From positions 4,702-68,701 of IMG/VR virus record IMGVR_UViG_3300031910_000003: a DNA stretch of 64,000 nt, one strand, 5' to 3'. Positions 55,002-61,657 of the stretch are shown one piece after another. The notes below the pieces were generated by a model. It had not been told where the DNA came from, did no database searches, and saw only the letters and a program-made list of their open reading frames with translations. Both the position numbers and the translations under genes were made by a program. This DNA comes from a virus. Lineage: Duplodnaviria > Caudoviricetes. The stretch's first letter is position 1; every line of letters starts with the position of its first letter.

Positions 55002-55703
55002 TCAGTCGTTTCTGGCGTGCGGCCATTCGCACCTGCCAGGGTCGCCGCGCACGCAGGCGCGCTCGCCGTCCTTGCAGCGGGCGCAGTTGTGATACTCGAA
55101 TTTCGGGTGCATGCCCGGAAGCAACCGGCGCGGATCTCTCGGGTCGACCGTCTTGTTGTATTCGACGATGGCTCTGACCTCGTCGGGCATCCAGACGCGC
55201 TCGGTGATCGGCTCGAGCTTGGCGAGCTCGCCGACGCGGTCGTGATCGCGGTGACCGGCGCCGGCCGCCAGCGCCTCGCCCTGCTTTCGGGCCCACTCGG
55301 CAGCGGCCTCGCTCTCGGGGATCACCTTGTAGACGCGGCACGGGATCTTGAAGTTGACGCCATTGTGCGCGCGGGCGCTGTCGTGGTGGAAAAACCAGAA
55401 CCACCCGTCCTGCGTTTCCTCGGTGGGGCGCAGCCGGTCGATCGGGATTCCTTGATCGAGACCACCGGAATGCTCGACGCCGCCATTGCGGCAGAGATGG
55501 AACGAGCCGCCGGCACCGATATCGCGCGGCCCCTTGCTTGGCCCTGACGTCGGCTGGATGCGGTCGCCCCAATGGTGCGCAAAGCGGCGTAGCTCACCGT
55601 CCGTCATCCAAACAAAATCGCCGACACGCGGACCGGTGATCCGCTCGCGGCGCAACTGGCGCTCGGCGAGGATCTCGCCGTCGCGTTCGTCAAACTCTGG
55701 CAT
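55002..55703 (-). CDS. Hypothetical phage protein
   Basis: GPRVGDFV..RF.HHW..GSF.L..SGGLD..WFFHHD..AH.GV. Confidence 0.65.
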   Translation of the reverse strand: MPEFDERDGEILAERQLRRERITGPRVGDFVWMTDGELRRFAHHWGDRIQPTSGPSKGPRDIGAGGSFHLCRNGGVEHSGGLDQGIPIDRLRPTEETQDGWFWFFHHDSARAHNGVNFKIPCRVYKVIPESEAAAEWARKQGEALAAGAGHRDHDRVGELAKLEPITERVWMPDEVRAIVEYNKTVDPRDPRRLLPGMHPKFEYHNCARCKDGERACVRGDPGRCEWPHARND

Positions 55704-55717
55704 TGTCGTCAATCTCC

Positions 55718-55924
55718 TCAGTGGGCATTGTAAAAGGTCTCGTCGGCGACCGCGGCGTCGAAGCTGTTTTGCATCGTCTCGCCGCAGCCGCACTCCGAGC
55801 CGAAGGTGTCCCGGGTGCGCGGGTAGAAAAACGCGCGCTGGCCTCGTCTGATCTGGCCGGTCTTGCAGCCGCTGCACGGGCTGTCGAATTTGGCGGTGAT
55901 CCAGTAGGGGTCGCCACGTGCCAT
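55718..55924 (-). CDS. Small Cys-containing protein
   Basis: WITAKF.S.C.GC..I.RG. Confidence 0.6.
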   Translation of the reverse strand: MARGDPYWITAKFDSPCSGCKTGQIRRGQRAFFYPRTRDTFGSECGCGETMQNSFDAAVADETFYNAH

Positions 55925-56466
55925 CAGGAGGTTCTCCTTCTGCGGCCAAGCAGCGCCGTCTCGTGCGGGTTAGGGTCGCGGAGACAAGCCGGGCAGAACT
56001 CCTCGTCCCCGCTGGTAGAGAACGTTTGTTCGCACCGCATGCAATCCCGCTCGACGGTTTCGGGTTCCTCGTTCAGCACCCAGCCGGTGCCGACCTTGTA
56101 GTAAGCGCCGCGCGCTCGCGTCGGCGGCACCAGCAGCGGATCGTCCTCGGTGAGCTCGCCGTATTTGTACGGGTTGTCGCGGAGCATTTTGACGAACGCC
56201 TCGTGCTCGGCGATCAGCCAGGCGTTGAACGCGTCGACCACCGGCTGCGCGATCGGGAACCGCGAGTCGCTCCGGTGCAAGAGACCGATCGAGGCCACGA
56301 CGTCGCGCTCCCAATCGGCGAGGGGCGAGCTGTGGTTGTAGATCGACTTCTCGTAATCGCTGGCCTCGCGGCGCAGCGTCGCGGTGTAGACCGGGCCGTC
56401 GCCGGCGATCTCATAGTCGACGGTGCCCATGTACGAGCAGGTCCAACGGAAGGTGTAGCCGGGCAT
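55924..56466 (-). CDS. Hypothetical protein with C-terminal Zn ribbon
   Basis: GGAGG RBS; CMRC..CPAC. Confidence 0.6.
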   Translation of the reverse strand: MPGYTFRWTCSYMGTVDYEIAGDGPVYTATLRREASDYEKSIYNHSSPLADWERDVVASIGLLHRSDSRFPIAQPVVDAFNAWLIAEHEAFVKMLRDNPYKYGELTEDDPLLVPPTRARGAYYKVGTGWVLNEEPETVERDCMRCEQTFSTSGDEEFCPACLRDPNPHETALLGRRRRTS

Positions 56467-56684
56467 CAAACAACCTCCTCGTCGCTGTCGATCACCGGCA
56501 GTTCCGGCTGCCCGGTCACGCTGTGCACGTTGATCTGAAACTCGCTGCCGTCGTCGCTCGTGATCACGATCTGCCTTGTGTAGTGGGTGTCCCGCGCGTC
56601 TCTGCGGCCCCCGTAGCGGAACCCGCGGCTGATCTTGATCTCCTTCGCGCGGAAGAAGGTCAGTTCGGTGTGTGCTGCGCTCAT
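56466..56684 (-). CDS. Hypothetical protein
   Basis: GGAG RBS. Confidence 0.55.
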   Translation of the reverse strand: MSAAHTELTFFRAKEIKISRGFRYGGRRDARDTHYTRQIVITSDDGSEFQINVHSVTGQPELPVIDSDEEVV

Positions 56685-56863
56685 GCTGCTTGTCTCCTGC
56701 GTTGCGCATACTTGCGGGGTTTGGGGCGCTTGATCGGTTGCACCAAGCGGCCATTGCGGTAGCTGGCGTCGCGCTCGACCTCGGCCAGCGTGCGGTGGTT
56801 GCGGAACGCCCAGCTGTCACCAGCTGGGACGTCGCGGGCGGCGAGCGGGTGGCGGTTCATCAC
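56681..56863 (-). CDS. Small protein, paralog of 37399-37590
   Basis: PLAARDVPAGDSWAFRNHRTLAEV. Confidence 0.65.
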   Translation of the reverse strand: MMNRHPLAARDVPAGDSWAFRNHRTLAEVERDASYRNGRLVQPIKRPKPRKYAQRRRQAA

Positions 56864-57123
56864 CGCCGCCCTGGTGCTTGGTCGATCTTCTCGGCGATCG
56901 AGTCGATCTCTGTCTTGACGTCGAAAAGGCGCCCGATGCGCGCAATGTGCTCGTCGTGCGCTTTGAGGAACGCATCCGGCCCTTGCGGGTAATAGTCCCG
57001 CCCGTGCGGCGAGGCATCGCCCAACTTGTCGATCGCGACCAGCAGCGCGTCGCTCGCGTTGAGCAACTGCTTGATCAGTTCCTCGCGGCTGGTGCCGTTT
57101 AGGTGGATGGTCGGGATCATCAT
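56860..57123 (-). CDS. Hypothetical protein
   Basis: PTIHLNGTS..L..PHGRDYYPQ. Confidence 0.65.
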   Translation of the reverse strand: MMIPTIHLNGTSREELIKQLLNASDALLVAIDKLGDASPHGRDYYPQGPDAFLKAHDEHIARIGRLFDVKTEIDSIAEKIDQAPGRR

Positions 57124-57419
57124 GCGCCCGGCCCCCGGCGTTGCAGCCGTGTCGCCAGCCGGGCCCGCCACTGATTTGTGGCCTCGTCGATCTCGCGCGC
57201 GATGCGCTCGCATTTCGCGCAGGTGCACGGCTGCGGGTCGGTCCACTGCTCGGCGCAGTAGGAGCGATAGAGCGCCTTGGCGACGCCCTCTTGCACGTCT
57301 GGGCTCTCGTTCGGGAAGTGGAAACGCGCGAGCGAGTGCGCCTCCTCCTGGGTGACCGCGTACACCGGTCCGATGTCGGACGCGATTTGGTCGGCCTTTA
57401 CGTCATACTCGTCGTACAT
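57120..57419 (-). CDS. First gene of the leftward module array
   Basis: Leader motif at 57427. Confidence 0.65.
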   Translation of the reverse strand: MYDEYDVKADQIASDIGPVYAVTQEEAHSLARFHFPNESPDVQEGVAKALYRSYCAEQWTDPQPCTCAKCERIAREIDEATNQWRARLATRLQRRGPGA

Positions 57420-57465
57420 ACGATTGCTCCTCGGAAGGAATTAGTGAGCAATAACAACAACTTAG

Positions 57466-57495
57466 AGTGTAGCACAAAGTACCATAAATGCACAG
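57466..57495 (-). promoter_or_regulatory. Leftward promoter
   Basis: CTGTGC-N18-(TGc)TACACT. Confidence 0.6.
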
Positions 57496-57516
57496 GTTTT
57501 TTGTTCATCGGGCTTG

Positions 57517-57525
57517 TGCTAAGCT
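57517..57525 (+). promoter_or_regulatory. Extended -10 rightward promoter
   Basis: TGcTAAGCT; predicted +1 near 57532; no clear -35. Confidence 0.5.
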
Positions 57526-57531
57526 GGTGCT

Positions 57532-57621
57532 GCTTCTCGGAAGGAAGCACGGGCGTCCCCGGCTTCGCCTTTAAGGTCCGGGGATTGAGCGGCCGCGGGT
57601 CTCGCCTGCGGCCGTTCTTTT
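57532..57621 (+). ncRNA. Predicted three-hairpin sRNA antisense to the leader motif
   Basis: GCTTC-TCGGAAG-GAAGC; TCCCCGG..CCGGGGA; GAGCGGCCGCGGG..CCTGCGGCCGTTC followed by TTTT. Confidence 0.55.
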
Positions 57622-57629
57622 GTGAAAAT

Positions 57630-57695
57630 GCGGCGACTGTAGCAGACAGCGAGGTCCCCCTCGTTGGCCGGGTGCGAGTCCCGGTAGCCGCTCCA
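57630..57695 (+). ncRNA. tRNA-like RNA lacking a 7-nt anticodon loop
   Basis: Acceptor stem GCGGCGA (or GCGACTG)/TAGCCGC; T-arm CCGGG-TGCGAGT-CCCGG; T-CCA end; CGAGG-TCCC-CCTCG hairpin. Confidence 0.65.
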
Positions 57696-57727
57696 GTTCA
57701 TTGCGCGCGATTGATTGCGGGGAGCTG

Positions 57728-59080
57728 ATGTTCGTCGGCGCGGTCCCCAAGGAGTTTATTGCGCAGATCCTCGATGTCGTGCCGTTTGACCAGTGGGGTG
57801 GTGTGCATGTCTGCTGCTCCGGCTCGTTCCGGCCGGAAGTGGCATTGCGGCAGCGCTACCCGGATTTGCCCATTGTCGGCAACGATGTCTCATTGCTGTC
57901 CGTCGCGATCGGCGAATTGGCAGTCGGGCGCTTGCTCGAGTTTCGCTTCCGCGAGCGCCTAGCACCGCTCGAGGAGATCCTCGCCGGCTGCGACCAGACG
58001 GACCGCGTCGCCGCCGTGCTGATCGCGCAGGAGATGGCCGTCTATCGCGGCCGCAATGCGCACGCGCAGGGGATGTTCGAGCATTACCTGGCGCATTTTG
58101 AAGCCTTTCTTGCGCCGGCCCGCGACAAGCTCGTGACGCTCGTCCGCGATCTTGCGTCGACCGATTTCTTTGCCGGCGATTTCCGTGTGCACGCGGCGCG
58201 CGCGGCCGCGGCCGGCGCCGGTATCCTGGCGTTCCCGCCGACTTACAAAAACGGCTACGAGCGCATCTACAAATTTCTCGGCGACAATGTCGAGTGGGCG
58301 CAGCCGCCCTATGACATCTGGGACCCGGCCGAGCTCGAAGAATGGTTGCGCGGCATCGACGACGCGGGTCAGCGCTATTGCGTGCTCGCCGATCGATTGC
58401 TCCCCAGCTTTACGCCGGCGATCCGCTACGACAATGCGAGCGGGCGCAAGACGGTGTGGGGCTATACCGACCAGAGCGGCTCGTCATTGCGTGGCAAGTC
58501 GGCCGCGGAAGTGCCGTTTCAGTATCGCGCGGTGCAGCCGGCGCGCCTCGGCCCGAAGACCCAGGTCAGCCTCGTGCAGGTCGAGGCGGGCCACATGACG
58601 TTTCTCAAGAACCAATATCTCGCGCGCGGCATCAAGCACGTACCGGGGATGCTTAATTTTCTCGTCATGCTCGGTGACGAGCTCGCCGGCGGCTTCATCT
58701 ATTCGCGCTCGCGCATGAACCCGGAGACCGAGCTCTACCTGCTCTCGGACTTTTCGATCGTGCGTGAGGGCCGCATCGCCAAACTGGTGGCGTTGCTCGC
58801 GACCTCGCGGCTGGCTGTGGACGTGGCGCGCAAGCGCTTTATGTCGCCGCTCGACGAGATCTGGACCACTGTTTTCACCGACAAGCCGGTCAGCATGAAA
58901 TATCGCGGTGTCTTCGAATTGAAGGCCCGCAAGCCCGGCTTTCTCCAATACATGTCACCGATCAGGAATGAGACCCCGAATGAGCTCTACCGAGAATGGT
59001 TCAAGCGCTACGGTAGGAGTGCCCAAGCTCGAAACGCGGGTCAGAAAGGTGCCGATCAGCCGGCTCGAGAGGCTGCCTGA
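57728..59080 (+). CDS. Putative DNA-modification enzyme (adenine-MTase-like N-terminus, GNAT-like C-terminus)
   Basis: VHVCCSGSFRPE..NDVSLLS; FPPTYKNGYE; YLLSDF..KLVALLA..TTVFTDKPVSMKYRG; GGGGAG RBS; resembles a phage family I recall as a putative antirestriction adenine methyltransferase (not searched). Confidence 0.6.
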   Translation: MFVGAVPKEFIAQILDVVPFDQWGGVHVCCSGSFRPEVALRQRYPDLPIVGNDVSLLSVAIGELAVGRLLEFRFRERLAPLEEILAGCDQTDRVAAVLIAQEMAVYRGRNAHAQGMFEHYLAHFEAFLAPARDKLVTLVRDLASTDFFAGDFRVHAARAAAAGAGILAFPPTYKNGYERIYKFLGDNVEWAQPPYDIWDPAELEEWLRGIDDAGQRYCVLADRLLPSFTPAIRYDNASGRKTVWGYTDQSGSSLRGKSAAEVPFQYRAVQPARLGPKTQVSLVQVEAGHMTFLKNQYLARGIKHVPGMLNFLVMLGDELAGGFIYSRSRMNPETELYLLSDFSIVREGRIAKLVALLATSRLAVDVARKRFMSPLDEIWTTVFTDKPVSMKYRGVFELKARKPGFLQYMSPIRNETPNELYREWFKRYGRSAQARNAGQKGADQPAREAA

Positions 59081-59732
59081 AAACCCGCGCTACATGACGT
59101 CGCTGCAGTTCGAGCGGCTGACCCAGAACATCAAGCGCGACGGGGCACTGACCAGCCTGCCGCTGGTCTACGATCTGATTGGCGACGATAGTGGGCCGCT
59201 GCTGGTGCTGTCGGGCAACCACCGGGTCGACGCGGCTGAAGCCGCCGGACTGACCGAGATCGACGTGGTCGAGATCATCACCCGGATCGATGATGACCGG
59301 CGCCGAGCGATCGCGCTGTCGCACAATGCGATTGTCGGCCAGGACGATCCGAACCGCCTGCGCGCGTTTTACGAAAGCCTGTCGCTGGCGCTCAAAGAAT
59401 ATACCGGTCTGACCGAGGACAGCTTCAAGGTGCCGACCCTCGACATCGCCGCACTCAGCGTGCGGCCGCCGCTGTTTGAGCAGATGGTGGTCGACTTCCT
59501 GCCGCAGAGCGCAGAGATCTTTCGCGAGGCGCTGAAGCGCATCAAAGCCGGCACGGTCCCGCCGACTGTGCTGGTCGGACGCTTCGAGGACTTCGACGCG
59601 TTCTTCGAGGCGACGATGCGCACCAAGAAACAGACCAATGTCCACAATGCCGCAATGGCGCTGCGCATGATGGCCGAACTGGCGATCGAGCGGCTCGACC
59701 AGATCGAGGGCGCGGGTGACCGAGAAGTTTAA
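58980..59732 (+). CDS. ParB/Srx-like protein
   Basis: VPISRL..NPRYM..L..NIKRDG..PLV..VLSGNHRV.AA. Confidence 0.85.
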   Translation: MSSTENGSSATVGVPKLETRVRKVPISRLERLPENPRYMTSLQFERLTQNIKRDGALTSLPLVYDLIGDDSGPLLVLSGNHRVDAAEAAGLTEIDVVEIITRIDDDRRRAIALSHNAIVGQDDPNRLRAFYESLSLALKEYTGLTEDSFKVPTLDIAALSVRPPLFEQMVVDFLPQSAEIFREALKRIKAGTVPPTVLVGRFEDFDAFFEATMRTKKQTNVHNAAMALRMMAELAIERLDQIEGAGDREV

Positions 59733-60150
59733 GCTCGAGCACGTCAAGGACGCACTGCGCGCGTCCGGCGGCATCGTCATTGGTGCGGCCAATAAGCTCG
59801 AGCAGGCCTATGGCTCATGTGCACCCGCGACGGTGCGCAATTACATCAGGCGTCACCCCTCGCTCCAACGCTTTCGCGACGAGATCGTCGAGGACACGCT
59901 CGATCTGGCGGAGACCGCGCTGATCAAGGGCATCGCTGCCGACAACATGACAGCGGTCATCTTCTACTTGAAGACCAAAGGCAGAGAGCGCGGCTATGTC
60001 GAACGCGTGGGCTATGTCGACAAGGACAACCAGCCTGCCAATCCCGCCGATGCGCAACACCAATATGTCGTAGTGCTTCCAGACAATGGCCGGGAGTATA
60101 GTGACGCTGACGACGAGCTCACCGAAGCCGACGCCGACGATACCGGCTAA
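59716..60150 (+). CDS. terS: Terminase small subunit (HTH)
   Basis: AL..SGG.V..AA..L..RNY..LDLAE..L...I..N.TA.IFYLKTKG..RGY.ER; directly upstream of TerL. Confidence 0.8.
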   Translation: MTEKFKLEHVKDALRASGGIVIGAANKLEQAYGSCAPATVRNYIRRHPSLQRFRDEIVEDTLDLAETALIKGIAADNMTAVIFYLKTKGRERGYVERVGYVDKDNQPANPADAQHQYVVVLPDNGREYSDADDELTEADADDTG

Positions 60151-61651
60151 CGCGATCCAGCTGAAGCCGCAGCCCGGGCCGCAGACCACATTCATCACGA
60201 GCAAGGCTGACATCGCGATCTATGGCGGCGCTGCCGGCGCCGGCAAGACCTATGGGCTGTTGCTCGAGGCCGCACGGTACTTGCCGCGCACACCGGCGTT
60301 TGATGCGGTGCTGTTCCGCCGCACGACCCCACAAATCACCAACCCTGGTGCGGTGTGGGACGAAGGGCTGCGCTTTTTTACGAAGATCGGCGGCGAGCCG
60401 CGCACGGGGCACCACGAGTTCCTCTGGGCGGGTGGCGGCAAGCTGCGCATGGCGCACTTGGTCGCCGAGCTCACTGTGCTCGACTGGCACGGTTCACAAC
60501 TGGCACTGATCCTGTTCGACGAGCTGACGCAGTTCACCGCGTATCAGTTCTGGTACATGCTCAGCCGCAACCGGTCGACCTGCGGGGTCCGGCCCTATGT
60601 GCGGGCCACCTGCAATCCCGACCCGGACTGTTTTGTCGCCGAGCTGATTGCCTGGTGGATCGATCAGGAGACCGGTTACCCGATCCCCGAGCGGGCCGGC
60701 GTGCTGCGCTATTTCGTTCGCCTTGGCGACAAGATCATTTGGGATGACCGGCCGGGGCCGCTGCGCCAATACCTGCCAAAGCTGGAGGACCTGCCGCCCG
60801 GCGTCGATCGGCCGCGCATCAAGTCGCTGACCTTTATTCCGGGCAGGCTGTACGACAACGCCGCGCTGATGCGCAAGGACCCGGATTACCTCGCCAATCT
60901 GTTGGCGATGCCGGTCGTCGAGCGCGAGCGCCTATTGGGGGGCAACTGGAAGATCCGGCCGGCTGCAGGCCTCTATTTCAAGCGCGGCTGGTGCGAGATG
61001 GTCGACGCCTTCCCGGCGTTGCGCGACACCGTGCGCTATTGGGATCTGGCGGCGACCGAGAAGACCCCGGACAACGACCCGGACTGGACCGTCGGCGTCA
61101 AGCTCGGCCGCGACGAGTTTGGCGGGCTCTATGTGCTCGACGTGATCCGCGAACGGGTCGGCCCGTTCGAGGTCGAGCAGCTGTTAAAGAACACGGCGAG
61201 CCAGGACGGCAAGACCTGCAAGATCGGCTGGGGCAAGGACCCGGGCCAGGCCGGCAAGGCGCAGACTCTCAATTACGTGCGCATGCTGGCCGGCTATTGG
61301 GTCATGCCCGAGGCCGAGACCGGCGACAAGGTAACCCGCTTTGGGCCCGCCTCGGCACAGTGCCGTGCCGGCAACGTCAAGATTCTGCGCGGCCCGTGGA
61401 ACGAGGACTTCTTCCGCGCGCTCGAGGGCTTCCCGGACCTGATGCACGACGATGATGTCGACGCGTTCGCCGGTGCCGTCGAGCTGATGCACGCGCAAGC
61501 GCCGGGCATGAACATCTACGAGCTGTATCGGCAACAGGCGGCAGAAGCGGCGGCGGCAGAAGAAGCCAAGCGCGCTGCTCAACCCAAGCCGACGCCGCAG
61601 CCGGGATCGGTGGAGTGGTTTCAGATGATCAACAGCCGCAATACCGAGTGA
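60086..61651 (+). CDS. terL: Terminase large subunit
   Basis: YGGAAGAGKT; LFDELTQF; RATCNP; YWDLAAT..HDDDVDA RNase H-like nuclease. Confidence 0.95.
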   Translation: MAGSIVTLTTSSPKPTPTIPANAIQLKPQPGPQTTFITSKADIAIYGGAAGAGKTYGLLLEAARYLPRTPAFDAVLFRRTTPQITNPGAVWDEGLRFFTKIGGEPRTGHHEFLWAGGGKLRMAHLVAELTVLDWHGSQLALILFDELTQFTAYQFWYMLSRNRSTCGVRPYVRATCNPDPDCFVAELIAWWIDQETGYPIPERAGVLRYFVRLGDKIIWDDRPGPLRQYLPKLEDLPPGVDRPRIKSLTFIPGRLYDNAALMRKDPDYLANLLAMPVVERERLLGGNWKIRPAAGLYFKRGWCEMVDAFPALRDTVRYWDLAATEKTPDNDPDWTVGVKLGRDEFGGLYVLDVIRERVGPFEVEQLLKNTASQDGKTCKIGWGKDPGQAGKAQTLNYVRMLAGYWVMPEAETGDKVTRFGPASAQCRAGNVKILRGPWNEDFFRALEGFPDLMHDDDVDAFAGAVELMHAQAPGMNIYELYRQQAAEAAAAEEAKRAAQPKPTPQPGSVEWFQMINSRNTE

Positions 61652-61657
61652 CCTGAC

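Larger units (their letters stand above)
41479..57440 (-). repeat. Dispersed start-associated leader motif TTCCTTCCGA(N)GGAG, 11 full + 1 partial
   Basis: Seen on + as ctcc(n)tcggaagg(aa) at 41479, 42323, 43305, 43755, 46476, 47744, 49427 (partial), 51496, 53332, 53611, 54314 and 57427, each directly upstream of a - strand start codon. Confidence 0.95.

Noticed and set aside
41479-57440. Leader-motif copies as a CRISPR array or integron attC cassettes
   Set aside because: Spacing is irregular (about 0.3-3 kb), whole genes lie between copies, repeats are only 14-15 nt, and there are no cas genes or attC-type structure
57630-57695. tmRNA (one- or two-piece) or a normal decoding tRNA
   Set aside because: No G3:U70 alanine identity, no tag ORF or permuted arrangement, and the 4-nt loop cannot hold an anticodon
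57519-57701. 60-aa minus-strand ORF over the ncRNA region
   Set aside because: No RBS, and it lies antisense to a region dense in RNA stems; better explained as a shadow ORF
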